Shown here one piece after another: positions 16,476-26,861 of a DNA stretch of 48,805 nucleotides; positions within the stretch are counted from its first letter, which is position 1, and every line of letters begins with the position of its first letter. Source of the DNA: Thermoplasmata archaeon (GTDB lineage: Archaea > Thermoplasmatota > Thermoplasmata > Lutacidiplasmatales > UBA184); assembly GCA_030038895.1 (NCBI GenBank), contig JASHQX010000163.1:1-48805 (forward strand), read 5' to 3'. The position numbers were made by a program, and so were the translations under genes. Under the pieces are notes generated by a model, which saw nothing but the letters and a program-made list of their open reading frames with translations, was not told the origin of the DNA and did no database searches.

Positions 16476-18080
16476 CTAGAAGGGCAGCTGTCGGAAGAGC
16501 TGGTCGAACCCGGTGCGAGCGAGGTAGAGCGCAAGGCCTCCCGCGAGCAAGGCGGCCGTCACCGCCCAAGCTCCGAGGGAAAGCACGAACGCCGACGACG
16601 CCGGGGCGAGGAAGACGAATGCGGCGGGCAGGTAGATCGAAAAGAGGATCACCATGCCGGATCCGAGCGCAGCGAGCATCGCCCCCGGCCGTAAGTACTG
16701 CGGTCGGGGACGATCCTGGAAGTCGGAGAACCTCGCCGCGAAGGCAAGGCCCCAGAACGAGAGTACAATCGCCGCGGTCAAGCTCGCGGCAATGAATCCG
16801 AAGGTCTCCACGGCCGGGAGCCGGAACAGCGCGGCGACCGCGACCGGCATGCCGACCGCAGCGATGAGCGCCGGGAAAAGGACGCCGGCCGCCTTCGCGC
16901 GCAACACGTTGCGCCCGGTGATCGGGCAGGCATAGAGCGCTTGGAGGGAGCGTCGCTCCTGTCCGATCGAGGTGAGGGATAGGAGCAGCGCGAAGAATCC
17001 GACGACCCACCCGACCCAGACGATCGACCCGAACCCACCGAACATCCCCCCCTCGACCACGAGGAGAAGGACGAGGACGATCGGAATGACGAGGGTCGGG
17101 AGCATCTCGCGCCGACGGACGTAGCCGCGCAGGTCCTTCGAAACGATCGCCGCCTCCGGTCCGGAGAGGCCGATCGCGGTGAGGTACGGGTGACCGGACC
17201 GGACCGAGGGCGCGACGACGTGGACTTCGCCCGGGCTCGGAACCCACCAGCGCTGGCGAAGCTGGCCGGCGAGGTAGACGAGGAGACCGAGAAAGGCGAC
17301 TTGCCCTGCGGTAAACGCCAGGGCGACGACCGAATCTCCGGTGACCCACGCCTTCAGCGCCTGAGTGGACCAGACGAAAGGAATCGCCGCCGTGACCCAC
17401 TCGAAGGAACTGACCGCCCCGACGAGGCCGAGGACCACCGCCGGATTGAACGCGAGATCGAAGATCAGGATCAGCACGATGAGAAGGAGAGCGCGGAGCA
17501 CGATGCTCAGGCGCGCATGGCGTCCCGAGCCGATCGTGCTCGTCCGCTGGGTGACGGCGCGGACCATCTCCACGAGCGCGGCACCTTCAACGAGTCCGAC
17601 GGCGACGAGCGCGGCGGCGAGGACATAGGTCGGCAGGAGACCGGCCGCGAGCGCAATGGGAAGGAGGCCCCCGAGGACGAGCGCGACGCCGGGAGAGTAG
17701 GAATACGCGATTGCGGTCGCCGAGGCGGCGACGTACTCGGTCGGGGTAATTGGGAGCCAGTTGGCGGCGTCACTGCCGGAGAACTTCGTAGTCGTGGTCA
17801 GCTCGAACATCACGCCGGCGATGATGACCCCTGCGACCGACACGATCGGGAGGAGGGGAGCAAACTCGTTGACGAGGAGAGCGTACGTCGACGTTCGTAC
17901 CGAGGAGACGGCCACGACGAATTCGACAAGGCCGAACGCGGCGAGAAACGCCCCCGTGTCGGCGAGGGCGATCACGATCCCGCGACCAAGCAGGCTCCGC
18001 GGGTCGGAGGTGCTGCGGCCGGATCGGAGCTGGGACGCGACGAGGATCTCGGCGAGCCTTCGAACACGATGCAGCTCCAT
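16476..18080 (-). CDS. ABC exporter permease (polytopic, about 12 TM)
   Basis: 534-aa highly hydrophobic ORF lying 9 nt downstream of the ATPase gene. Confidence 0.75.
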   Translation of the reverse strand: MELHRVRRLAEILVASQLRSGRSTSDPRSLLGRGIVIALADTGAFLAAFGLVEFVVAVSSVRTSTYALLVNEFAPLLPIVSVAGVIIAGVMFELTTTTKFSGSDAANWLPITPTEYVAASATAIAYSYSPGVALVLGGLLPIALAAGLLPTYVLAAALVAVGLVEGAALVEMVRAVTQRTSTIGSGRHARLSIVLRALLLIVLILIFDLAFNPAVVLGLVGAVSSFEWVTAAIPFVWSTQALKAWVTGDSVVALAFTAGQVAFLGLLVYLAGQLRQRWWVPSPGEVHVVAPSVRSGHPYLTAIGLSGPEAAIVSKDLRGYVRRREMLPTLVIPIVLVLLLVVEGGMFGGFGSIVWVGWVVGFFALLLSLTSIGQERRSLQALYACPITGRNVLRAKAAGVLFPALIAAVGMPVAVAALFRLPAVETFGFIAASLTAAIVLSFWGLAFAARFSDFQDRPRPQYLRPGAMLAALGSGMVILFSIYLPAAFVFLAPASSAFVLSLGAWAVTAALLAGGLALYLARTGFDQLFRQLPF

Positions 18081-18089
18081 CGGCCCTCC

Positions 18090-18944
18090 TCAATGCGTGA
18101 GCGCAGCCACCACTTCGCTGAGATCCCCCGTGCCGGTGAGGGAGAGGAAAACCTCCTCGAGCCCGGAGCCCGCAAGGCCGGCCCGCTCCCGAAGGGCCTC
18201 CACGGTCCCCGAAGCGACGACCTCCCCGCGGTTGAGGATAACGACGCGATCGCAGATCGCCTCGGCGATCTCGAGGACGTGAGTACTGAACAGTACCCCG
18301 ACCCCCTCGCGGTCGGCGAGGTTCCGGAGGAGTTCCTTCGTCACTCGCGCCGACCGGGGATCGAGACCGTTCAACGGCTCGTCCAGAACGAGCAGACGCG
18401 GCCGGTGGGCGAGTGCCGCGGTGAGCGCGATCTTCTGTTTCATCCCCTGGGAATAGCTGCTAATCAGGGAATTCTCGTGGCCGGCGAGCTCGAAGCCAGC
18501 GAGAAACTGGGCGACCCGTTCGGCTCGAACCGTCGGTGGAAGGCCGTACATGTCCCCTACAAAATCGAGGTACTCCGCCCCTGTAAGGAACTCATAGAGC
18601 GAAGGAGACTCCGGAACGTACCCGACGATCCGTTTGATTGAGACCGGATCGGCTTGGACATCCCGGCCGAACACGACCACCTGTCCCGCGTCCGGGCGCA
18701 CGAGGCCGAGAATCGACTTCATCATCGTCGACTTTCCCGCGCCGTTTGGTCCCAAGAGCCCCACAATTTGTCCCGAAGGAAGCGTGAAACTGACCTGGTT
18801 CAACGCCCGGACGGGGCCGTAGAACTTCGAGACCGATCGCGCCTCCAACGCGAACGTCGAACTCCGCTCGCCGCCCGCGACGGACGAGTTCGAGGTGGGC
18901 AGCGGAACGGCAGACGGCCGCGCGGAGCCCGGCGACTCGTTCAT
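18090..18944 (-). CDS. ABC transporter ATP-binding protein
   Basis: Walker A GPNGAGKST, signature SYSQGMKQK, Walker B LLVLDEP. Confidence 0.9.
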   Translation of the reverse strand: MNESPGSARPSAVPLPTSNSSVAGGERSSTFALEARSVSKFYGPVRALNQVSFTLPSGQIVGLLGPNGAGKSTMMKSILGLVRPDAGQVVVFGRDVQADPVSIKRIVGYVPESPSLYEFLTGAEYLDFVGDMYGLPPTVRAERVAQFLAGFELAGHENSLISSYSQGMKQKIALTAALAHRPRLLVLDEPLNGLDPRSARVTKELLRNLADREGVGVLFSTHVLEIAEAICDRVVILNRGEVVASGTVEALRERAGLAGSGLEEVFLSLTGTGDLSEVVAALTH

Positions 18945-18990
18945 TCTTCGACCTCCTATGAGCTTGTAGACAGGGCGACCGTCTTAAGGC

Positions 18991-20727
18991 GTGTCACCCT
19001 TCCTGTGCCGGGAGAGGGCCCGTGCACGGGCTGTCGGTCCGAACGATGTCCCCGACAACGGACCCGGTACCGAAGTGATCTCCGCGATCGTCCTCGCCGC
19101 CGGGAGTTCCTCTCGCATGGGTGAGCCGAAGCCCCTCGTCAACCTCGACGGCGAGCCGCTTCTGTCGCGGGTGCTCAAGGCGATTGCCGGCTCGCGTGTC
19201 GGGGAGACCGTGGTCGTCCTGGGCGCCGCGGCGGAGCAAGTTCGCGCGGGGGTACGCCTCAACGGAGCTCGGACGGTCGAGAACCCGAGGTTCCGGGAGG
19301 GAATGAGCTCCTCGTTGCGGGCCGGAGTCGCCGCGCTCGCTCCGGATTCGGAGGCGTTCTTCGTGGTCCTCGGCGACGAACCCTTCGTCCGATCCGACAC
19401 GTACGATGCGCTGATCGCTGCGCGGGAGCGCACGCACGCTCGGATCGTGCTGCCGGTCTTCGCGGGAGTTCGGGGAAATCCGGTCCTGATCGACCGGAGC
19501 GTTGCCGGAGAGGTCGACGAGCTCGTGGGGGACCGGGGGTGCCGGGCTCTTCGGCTCCGTCACCCAGAAGAGACGGTGGAAGTCCCGGTAGACGATCCGG
19601 GAGTCATCATCGATCTCGACACTCCCGAGGATTTCCAACGAGTCCGGGAAGCTCGCGCCACCGGTGCGCCGATGGAGAGGATCGCCCAGCAACTCGCCCT
19701 TGGCGAGCACCCGCTCGCGGCGAGGAACCGATCGTCCCCTCCCCGAACTCGGGGCCGTCCGGACATCCTCGGGCTCGCCGCGGAGCTGGAGCGAAGGCGG
19801 GAACCGTTCTGTCTCGCGGTAGTGACTCACGTCCTCGCCCCGACCTCGGGGAAGCCGGGGTTCAAAGCGATCGTCCGTTCGGACGGGTCGATCGTCGGCT
19901 GGATCGGAGGGACGTGTTCTCGCCACGCCCTCCTCACGGAGGCCCACCGGGCGCTCGACGAAGGGGAACCCCGGGTCCTCCGCCTTTGGCCGGTGGACGA
20001 GGCCTGTCCGCCGGCCGCCCCCGGCGTCGTCGATCGCGTGATGGAATGTCAGAGTGGAGGTTCGATGGAGATCTACCTGGAGCCGCACCCGCCCGCGCCG
20101 CAACTCGTCGTAGTGGGAGATTCGCCCGTCGCCGAGACCCTCGCCACGCTAGGCCGCCTTCTCGGTTATCGGGTGATCGCCGCCGGGCTCGATCTCGATC
20201 CGGCGCGGTTCGCAGATGCAGACGAGATCGTCTCGGATCTCGCCTCGCTTTCGACTCGACTCGACCCGGAGAGCTACGGCGTGGTAGCGACGATGGCACA
20301 ATACGACGCGATGGGCCTCGAGGCACTCGTCCGTTCTAGGGCCGAATACGTCGCGTTGGTCGCCAGCCGACGCCGCGCGGAATTCCTGTTCGAGGACCTG
20401 CGGGGTCGTGGCCTACTCGCCAAGGAAATCGCCCGGATCCGCAACCCCGCGGGCCTCGATCTCGGGGGCCGCACGCCGGAAGAGATCGCGGTCAGTATTC
20501 TCGCGGAGATCATTCAGGTGCGTCGTTCCCGGCGGCTTTCTCCTCCCGTCGAGTCCGCAGCCACCGCAACGTCGGCCCCTGCCGTCGTAGTCGACCCGGT
20601 CTGCCATATGGAGGTCGATCCCGCGACGACCCCGCTCCACGCTTCGCACGGCGGGACGACCTACTACTTCTGTTCGGAGAGTTGCCTTCGCCGGTTCGAA
20701 GCGAACCCGGTGGCGTTCCTCCCCTGA
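18991..20727 (+). CDS. Triple fusion: MocA-like molybdenum cofactor cytidylyltransferase + XdhC/CoxI accessory + C-terminal YHS metal-binding domain
   Basis: AIVLAAGSSSRMGEPKPL..VLGDEP (MobA/MocA). PFCLAVVTHV..IGGTCS and PQLVVVGDSPVAETL..NPAGLDLGGRTPEEIAVSILAEI (XdhC). DPVCHMEV..TTYYFCSESCLRRFEANP (YHS). An alternative GTG start lies at 19075. Confidence 0.75.
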   Translation: MSPFLCRERARARAVGPNDVPDNGPGTEVISAIVLAAGSSSRMGEPKPLVNLDGEPLLSRVLKAIAGSRVGETVVVLGAAAEQVRAGVRLNGARTVENPRFREGMSSSLRAGVAALAPDSEAFFVVLGDEPFVRSDTYDALIAARERTHARIVLPVFAGVRGNPVLIDRSVAGEVDELVGDRGCRALRLRHPEETVEVPVDDPGVIIDLDTPEDFQRVREARATGAPMERIAQQLALGEHPLAARNRSSPPRTRGRPDILGLAAELERRREPFCLAVVTHVLAPTSGKPGFKAIVRSDGSIVGWIGGTCSRHALLTEAHRALDEGEPRVLRLWPVDEACPPAAPGVVDRVMECQSGGSMEIYLEPHPPAPQLVVVGDSPVAETLATLGRLLGYRVIAAGLDLDPARFADADEIVSDLASLSTRLDPESYGVVATMAQYDAMGLEALVRSRAEYVALVASRRRAEFLFEDLRGRGLLAKEIARIRNPAGLDLGGRTPEEIAVSILAEIIQVRRSRRLSPPVESAATATSAPAVVVDPVCHMEVDPATTPLHASHGGTTYYFCSESCLRRFEANPVAFLP

Positions 20728-20742
20728 GCCGGGGCCCCTCGA

Positions 20743-21357
20743 TCAGTTCTCTGGACGCCAGTCCGCCAAGAGTGTATTCGGGGCGGCGAAGAACGTGACG
20801 GATCCGTTCGCCGGCGCCGTCGGCCGGAGCGCGTCCACCGCGTGGACCAAGAGCTCGTACGCTGCATCGTCCGCGTCGCTCGAAACGCCGGCGGGATCGG
20901 CCGGCACGTAGACCTTCAGTCGTCCCCGGTCGATCCCTAGGAGTACGTAGTCGGAACCGTCCCGACGAGCCCACGCGAGGAGGCGCTCTTCGGGCCGTTC
21001 GACCACCCCGACCCACCGCAGCGAACCGAACCATCGACCGGTGAGACGGGCGAGCAGCACCTCCGGCGGCGTAGCAACCGGCAGGTCGATCGCCGCGATC
21101 GACCTCAGATCTCGCGCGAGTGCCGGCGGCGCCGAACCGGCCCCGACGAGCGCCCGGTAGCCACCGTCGACGCGCTCGACGAGGCCCTCGCGCTCGAGGC
21201 GGCGGAGGGCGCGTGCCAAGGACTCGGGGTGCGCTCTGAGGACCCGCCGAAGTCCGCTGAACGCGACCCGCCCGGGTAGGCCCTGAAGCGCCGTGAGGAC
21301 GCGCTCGTCGAGCCGCGAGGGCTCGAAGCCCGGGGACTCGACCGGATCGGACGCCAT
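20743..21357 (-). CDS. Winged-helix transcriptional regulator with an unknown C-terminal domain
   Basis: VLTALQGLPGRVAFSGLRRVLRAHPESLARALRRLEREGLVERV. Confidence 0.6.
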   Translation of the reverse strand: MASDPVESPGFEPSRLDERVLTALQGLPGRVAFSGLRRVLRAHPESLARALRRLEREGLVERVDGGYRALVGAGSAPPALARDLRSIAAIDLPVATPPEVLLARLTGRWFGSLRWVGVVERPEERLLAWARRDGSDYVLLGIDRGRLKVYVPADPAGVSSDADDAAYELLVHAVDALRPTAPANGSVTFFAAPNTLLADWRPEN

Positions 21358-21380
21358 CGCACGAGGAACCGTACTGCGGC

Positions 21381-21386
21381 TTTTAG
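21381..21386 (-). promoter_or_regulatory. Weak TATA-like box (CTAAAA on the minus strand) upstream of the winged-helix regulator
   Basis: Its centre is about 27 nt upstream of ATG 21357. Confidence 0.3.
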
Positions 21387-21557
21387 CAGGTCGGTTACGC
21401 GGCCGTTATCTTGTACCGCCGGGTGGGACGGTTCGCAGACTCGCCGACCGGTGAGTGCAGATTTCCCCAGGATGTGACCGGTCCCTCGGTGACCCGGTCA
21501 ATATCCTCCTCCGGCGGGTATCGTAGCTCGGAATCCAGCATTCCGAGGTAAGAAACG

Positions 21558-21812
21558 ATGCCCGAAAGTGAGAACGAATGCGGCGATGGAAACGTGCACT
21601 ACGGCCCGTGGGTCTGGACAGCGTACCGCGCGTACAACGAGCTGCTCCGAGAGAAGATCAAGAAGCGGTTCGACACGCAGGAGGGACCGTGGATGGACAA
21701 GGTCGCTGACGTACTGGTCGATATCGTGAACGCCCGGTGGGAAGGCGGCCGCAAGAAGGAAAAGGAGGCCGAGGAGCTGTTCGAGAAGCTCGAGAAGCTC
21801 CTCGAGGAGTGA
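21558..21812 (+). CDS. Small K/E-rich hypothetical protein upstream of the HtrA-like protease
   Basis: GAGGT lies 8 nt upstream of the ATG. Composition is non-shadow and no competing ORF is plausible. Confidence 0.5.
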   Translation: MPESENECGDGNVHYGPWVWTAYRAYNELLREKIKKRFDTQEGPWMDKVADVLVDIVNARWEGGRKKEKEAEELFEKLEKLLEE

Positions 21813-21932
21813 GGCGGATGATCACCCCCGGTTCGCCGATGCCCGCCCCACCCACGGGACCCCAGCCAATCCTCCCGTGGCCAGGTTCGAGAGCCACCGT
21901 CCTCTGAGACCGAGGGTTTCGGGAGGTCGGGG

Positions 21933-22892
21933 ATGGGGCTCAGCGAGCTTGAGGATCGAATCGTCGCTGCGGTCGACGCGATCGGCCCAAGTGTAGCGAG
22001 CGTGGAGAGCCTCAAGGTAGGCCGCTGGAGGGGCCCGAGTCCGTTCGCGACTCCGGGCCAGGCGACGGCCATCGTCTGGGAGCGGAGCGGATACCTCCTG
22101 ACGAACCAGCACGTCGTCGACGGTGCGACGGCGCTGCGCGTCCATCTCGCCGATGGCCGCGAACTTCCCGGGGAGGTCGTCGGTGGGGACGCGGTCACGG
22201 ACGTGGCGCTGGTGAAGGTCGACGGAGTCGAGATCCCTCCGGCCCGCCTCGGGGACTCCGACAAGCTCAGGGTCGGTCAGGTCGTCCTTGCCGTCGGCCA
22301 TGCGCTCGGGCTCCCCGGCGGGCCGACCGTTTCGACTGGCGTGGTAAGTGCGCTCGGCCGCCCACTCCTCGGGTCCGATTTCATCTTCGAGGGACTCGTG
22401 CAGACCGACGCAGCGATCAACCCGGGGAACAGCGGCGGGCCCCTCCTCGACCTCTCCGGCTCGGTGATTGGGATCAACACCGCGATGATGCCGTACGCCC
22501 AGGGGGTCGGATTCGCAATCCCGATCCACGCAGCCCAGCGGATCACAGACGAGCTGCGTCGCCGGGGTCGAGTGATCCGCCCGTGGGTGGGCGTCCAGGT
22601 CGCCGAGCTCAGCCCGGAGCTCGCGCGGACACACGGGCTCGTCCCCGGCTCGGGGCTCCTGATTGCCGAGGTCGTGCCCCGCTCGCCCGCGCACCGCGCG
22701 GGATTGCGTCCGGGGGACGTCCTCACGCGCATCGGGCCGTTCGAGGTGCATCGCGTCCGCGAGCTCATCGAGTCCCTCTCGAAGTTCCCGGTCGGTTCGG
22801 ACGTCACCGTGGGCGTCCAACGCCGGGGCCATCGGTTCGACGCCACGGTCCCGCTCGAGGAGACCCCCGAGGTGCCCGTGGCGCGGCGCTAA
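21933..22892 (+). CDS. HtrA/DegP-family trypsin-like serine protease with a PDZ domain
   Basis: TNQHVV, DVALVKV, GNSGGPLLD catalytic motifs; C-terminal PDZ (GLLIAEVVPRSPAHRAGLRPGDVL). GGAGGT precedes the ATG. Confidence 0.9.
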   Translation: MGLSELEDRIVAAVDAIGPSVASVESLKVGRWRGPSPFATPGQATAIVWERSGYLLTNQHVVDGATALRVHLADGRELPGEVVGGDAVTDVALVKVDGVEIPPARLGDSDKLRVGQVVLAVGHALGLPGGPTVSTGVVSALGRPLLGSDFIFEGLVQTDAAINPGNSGGPLLDLSGSVIGINTAMMPYAQGVGFAIPIHAAQRITDELRRRGRVIRPWVGVQVAELSPELARTHGLVPGSGLLIAEVVPRSPAHRAGLRPGDVLTRIGPFEVHRVRELIESLSKFPVGSDVTVGVQRRGHRFDATVPLEETPEVPVARR

Positions 22893-22928
22893 GCGGGCGG
22901 GCAGAGCGAATAGACCCCGACTGGCTCG

Positions 22929-25286
22929 CTACTTTGCCTTCGCCTCGGCGCCGTGGAGGATCTGCCAGACCTTCCACGGGTGGACCGGGATATCGATGTG
23001 CTCGACGCCGTACGGCTGGAGCGCGTCGACGATCGCGTTGACGATCGCGGGCGGCGCCCCGACCGTCGCCGACTCGCCGACCCCCTTCGCCCCGATCGGG
23101 TGGTGCGGGCTTGGCGTGACCGTCTTCGCGGTCTCCCACTTCGGAGTCTCGACGGCGCTCGGGAGCAGGTAGTCGGTGAACGACCCGCCCCGGATGTTGC
23201 CGTTCTCGTCGTACTGGATCTCCTCGAGGAGCGCGGGTGCGAACCCCATCGTCAAGCCGCCGTGGATCTGGCCGTCGACGATCATCGGGTTGATGATCGT
23301 CCCGCAATCGTCGACCGCGACGAACCGTCGGACGTGGATCTGGCCGGTTTCCTTGTCGATATCGACGACGCAGATGTAACTCCCGAACGGGTACGTCATG
23401 TTCGGCGGGTCGTAGTAGTCGACCGCCTCTAGACCGGACTCAATCCCTCTCGGGTGGTTCGTGTACGCGGCGAACGCGACCTCCTGCATCGTCTTCGACT
23501 TGGACGGAACGCCCTTGACCCGGAAGGCGTAGTCCTTCCACTCCACGTCGTCCGGGCTCACCTCCAGAAGGTGAGCGGCGATCTTCTGGGCCTTTTCGCG
23601 GATCCTTCGCGCGGCGACCGCGGCGGCCGCGCCGGCCGTCGGGGTGCTTCGGCTCGCGTACGTTCCGAGTCCGTAGGGAGCGGTGTCGGTGTCCCCCTCC
23701 TCGACGCGGATGTCGTCGGCTGGGATCCCGAGCTCCTCGGCGAGGATCTGGGCGTACGTCGTCTCATGGCCCTGGCCCTGGGACTTCGTTCCGAACCGGG
23801 CGATGACCTTGCCGGTCGGATGGATCCGCACCTCCGCCGAATCGAACATCTTGATCCCGAGGATGTCGAACTTCTCCGACGGGCCGGCGCCGACGATTTC
23901 GGTGAAGCTCGAAATGCCAATCCCCATTAGCTCGCCCCGCCGACGCTTCTCCGCCTGCTCGCGCCGGAGGCCGGCGTAGTCGATGATCTGCATCGCCTTC
24001 TGGAGCGCGCCGGCGTAGTTCCCACTGTCATAGGTCCATCCGAGCGCACTCGAGTACGGGAACGCCTCTGGCGGGATGAAGTTCTTGAGGCGGAACTCGG
24101 CCGGGTCGATCTTCAGCCGGTGGGCCAGGATATCCATCATCCGCTCGATCGTGTAGACCGCCTCGGTGACACGGAACGAGCACCGGTAAGCGATTCCGCC
24201 CGGGGGCTTGTTCGTGTAGGCGGCGTCGACCTCAACGAATGCCTTCGCGAACGGGTACGAGCCCGTGATGATGTGGAAGAGCCCGGCCGGGAACTTCGAT
24301 GGGTTGGCGGCAGCGTCGGTGTAGCCATGGTCGGCGAGGGTCTTCACCCGGAGCGCCGTGACCTTCCCGTCCGCCGTCGCTCCGACCTCCGCGTGGATGT
24401 GGTAGTCCCGGGCGAACGAGTCGGCCTGCAGGTTCTCGGACCGGTCCTCGATCCACTTGACGGGATGGCCGGTCTTGATCGACGCGACCGCGGCGAGGAC
24501 GTAGCCGGGGTAGACGGGTACCTTTCCCCCGAACCCGCCCCCGATGTCGGGGGAGATGACCCGGATGTTCTGTTCGGGAAGGCCGGCGACCAGCGCGAAC
24601 ACTGTGCGGATCGCATGCGGTGCCTGGGTCGTCATGTAGATCGTGAACCGGCCGGTGACCGAGTCCATATGCGCGACGCACCCGCACGTTTCCATGGACG
24701 AGACGTGGATCCGTGGGATGTAGAGGTCCTGCTCGACTCGGACCGGGGAACTCGTGAGGAGCTGGTCTGTCCCGCTCTTGTCGCCGGTCTCCCAATGCCA
24801 GATGTGATTCGACTTCTCCGACCGGTCCGTCCGGATGACGGGGGCCCCCGGCTCGAGCGCCTTGAATGGGTCCGTCACGACCGGCAACGGTTCGTAATCG
24901 ACCTCGACCGCGGCCGCGCCGTCCGCCGCCGCGTAGCGGCTATCGGCGACGACTGCCGCGACCTCCTGCGCCTGGTACATGACGGTGTCCGTCGGCAGCA
25001 CCATCTGCTTGTCCGACATCAGGGTCGGCATCCAGGCGAGGCCGGCGGCTTCGAGATCCTTGCCCGTGATGACTGCGAGGACCCCGGGGACCTTGAGCGC
25101 CCGCTCGGTCCGGATCGCCGTGATCTTTGCATGGGCGTACGGGCTGCGGGTGATGTCGAGGTAGAGCATCCCGGGCAGCTTGACGTCGTCGACGTAGTTG
25201 CCCTTCCCGCGGACAAAACGGGCGTCCTCTTTCCGAAGGATTGACTGACCGATTCCGCCTTTGATGTGGGGGGGCGCGGCGCTCAT
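22929..25286 (-). CDS. coxL: Form I aerobic carbon-monoxide dehydrogenase large (molybdopterin) subunit
   Basis: Contains the form I active-site loop AYRCSFR. Start at the internal ATG 25284-25286 ([24 protein letters not shown]), overlapping the coxS stop by 4 nt. Confidence 0.85.
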   Translation of the reverse strand: MSAAPPHIKGGIGQSILRKEDARFVRGKGNYVDDVKLPGMLYLDITRSPYAHAKITAIRTERALKVPGVLAVITGKDLEAAGLAWMPTLMSDKQMVLPTDTVMYQAQEVAAVVADSRYAAADGAAAVEVDYEPLPVVTDPFKALEPGAPVIRTDRSEKSNHIWHWETGDKSGTDQLLTSSPVRVEQDLYIPRIHVSSMETCGCVAHMDSVTGRFTIYMTTQAPHAIRTVFALVAGLPEQNIRVISPDIGGGFGGKVPVYPGYVLAAVASIKTGHPVKWIEDRSENLQADSFARDYHIHAEVGATADGKVTALRVKTLADHGYTDAAANPSKFPAGLFHIITGSYPFAKAFVEVDAAYTNKPPGGIAYRCSFRVTEAVYTIERMMDILAHRLKIDPAEFRLKNFIPPEAFPYSSALGWTYDSGNYAGALQKAMQIIDYAGLRREQAEKRRRGELMGIGISSFTEIVGAGPSEKFDILGIKMFDSAEVRIHPTGKVIARFGTKSQGQGHETTYAQILAEELGIPADDIRVEEGDTDTAPYGLGTYASRSTPTAGAAAAVAARRIREKAQKIAAHLLEVSPDDVEWKDYAFRVKGVPSKSKTMQEVAFAAYTNHPRGIESGLEAVDYYDPPNMTYPFGSYICVVDIDKETGQIHVRRFVAVDDCGTIINPMIVDGQIHGGLTMGFAPALLEEIQYDENGNIRGGSFTDYLLPSAVETPKWETAKTVTPSPHHPIGAKGVGESATVGAPPAIVNAIVDALQPYGVEHIDIPVHPWKVWQILHGAEAKAK

Positions 25287-25834
25287 GCTTTCCCTCCCGT
25301 CCCCGCCGCGGACTGCATCTTCTGGCCAGCCGACTGGATCGCCTTGACGATGTTCACATAGCCGGTGCACCGGCATAGGTTCCCGCGGATTGCGTCGCGG
25401 ATCTCCGCCTCGGTCGGGTTCGCGGTCTTCGCGAGGAGCGCGGTCGCGCTCATCATCATCCCCGGCGTGCAAAACCCGCACTGGAGCCCGTGGCACTCGA
25501 TAAACGCCTCCTGCACCGGCGAGAGCTTCCCGCCGACCTCGAGGCTCTCCACGGTGCGGACCTCGCGACCGTCGGTCTGGACCGCGAGCACGGTACAGGA
25601 CTTGACCGCCTTGCCGTCGAGGAGGACGGTGCACGCCCCGCAGTGCGACGTGTCGCAGCCAATGTGGGTCCCGGTCAGTCCCAGGACCTCGCGCAGGAAA
25701 TGGACGAGGAGCGTCCGCGGCTCGATCTCGGCGACGACCGCCTGTCCGTTGACCGTGACCCGGATGCGGGCGTTCGTGCCCCCCGCCGATGTGAGGGAGG
25801 CAGCTGGGCTTACGGCGTGCGCCGCGGCGGACAT
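25283..25834 (-). CDS. coxS: CO dehydrogenase small (2x[2Fe-2S]) subunit
   Basis: [12 protein letters not shown] and [14 protein letters not shown] cysteine motifs. Confidence 0.9.
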   Translation of the reverse strand: MSAAAHAVSPAASLTSAGGTNARIRVTVNGQAVVAEIEPRTLLVHFLREVLGLTGTHIGCDTSHCGACTVLLDGKAVKSCTVLAVQTDGREVRTVESLEVGGKLSPVQEAFIECHGLQCGFCTPGMMMSATALLAKTANPTEAEIRDAIRGNLCRCTGYVNIVKAIQSAGQKMQSAAGTGGKA

Positions 25835-25835
25835 C

Positions 25836-26711
25836 CTACCCACCTCCTCGGGCTCGGGCGAGAGCCTGATCGAGGACACGACGCGCAAGAACACCGGCCA
25901 TCGCGCGCTTGTACTCCATCGGCCCGCGCAGGTCGGACGCCGGCTGGGTGGCCTCCTGGGCGAGCTGAGAGGCGTGCGCCAAGTGGCTCTCATCTGGCAA
26001 TTGGCCTACGAGCGAGTTGCCCGCGCGTAGGGCAAGGATCGCCGTCGGGCCGACTCCAGTGAGGCCGATGCCCGCGCTCTCGACTCGACCCGCCGAGTCC
26101 AGCACGAGCGAGACGGCGGCGCCGGCCATCGCGAAGTCCCCCGCACGCTTCTCGATCTTGTGGTACGCACTTCCCTGACGGGCCCGGGCCTTCGGGATTT
26201 GGACCTCCACGAGAATCTCGGTAGGCTCGACCGCGGTGACGAATGTGTCCTTGTAGAAGGAAGAGGCTGGCACCGTCCGGGCTCCCTGCGGGCCCGCGAG
26301 CACCATCGCGGCGTCGAGTGCGAGCATGCAAGCGGGAAGGTCGTTCCCCGGATCGCCGTGGCAGACGTTGCCGCCCACCGTTCCGAGGTTACGGACGAGC
26401 GGGTCGGCGATCTCATGGGCGGCATCCGTCAGGATCGGATACGACCGGCGGAGGAGATCGGACTCGAGGAGGTCATTCGTCCGGGTCGTCGCCCCGATCT
26501 TGAGGTGGCCCGCTTCCTCCCGGATGTACGACAGGCCCGGGATCCGGTTGATATCGACCAGAACATGGGGCTCGGCCAGTCGCAACTTCATAAGCGGAAT
26601 CAGGCTGTGCCCACCGGCCAGCACTTTCGCTTCGCCGTCGAACCGCTGGAGGAGCGCGACGGCTTCGTCGACGGAATGGGGCGCGTAGTACTCGAACTGC
26701 GGCGGGATCAT
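25836..26711 (-). CDS. coxM: CO dehydrogenase medium (FAD-binding) subunit
   Basis: [33 protein letters not shown]. Gene order M-S-L as in form I loci. Confidence 0.85.
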   Translation of the reverse strand: MIPPQFEYYAPHSVDEAVALLQRFDGEAKVLAGGHSLIPLMKLRLAEPHVLVDINRIPGLSYIREEAGHLKIGATTRTNDLLESDLLRRSYPILTDAAHEIADPLVRNLGTVGGNVCHGDPGNDLPACMLALDAAMVLAGPQGARTVPASSFYKDTFVTAVEPTEILVEVQIPKARARQGSAYHKIEKRAGDFAMAGAAVSLVLDSAGRVESAGIGLTGVGPTAILALRAGNSLVGQLPDESHLAHASQLAQEATQPASDLRGPMEYKRAMAGVLARRVLDQALARARGGG

Positions 26712-26830
26712 CGACCACCTGGGGGCATTGCCCGACCGTCCGAGCATCTCCTCGGCTTTAGTCCTTGCGAAAGTGTATCATGCGGGTCCGGACCCGTGAG
26801 GCCGGGGTCTCCGTCGGCGCTGACCGCGAC

Positions 26831-26836
26831 TTTAAG
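26831..26836 (+). promoter_or_regulatory. TATA-like box (TTTAAG) upstream of moaA
   Basis: Its centre is about 29 nt upstream of ATG 26862. Confidence 0.35.
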
Positions 26837-26861
26837 GGGGGTGCGGAGTCTTCCGTCTTCC

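Noticed and set aside
16453-26861. Many long ORFs overlapping or antisense to confident genes: 16453..17400, 17190..18641, 18994..20103, 19539..20339, 21599..22264, 21822..22832, 24120..25244, 25365..26062, and the 26160..26861 extension of moaA.
   Set aside because: Their composition is Arg/Gly/Pro/Asp-rich with no motifs. Each is fully explained by a motif-bearing gene on the other strand or in another frame, which is typical of high-GC DNA.
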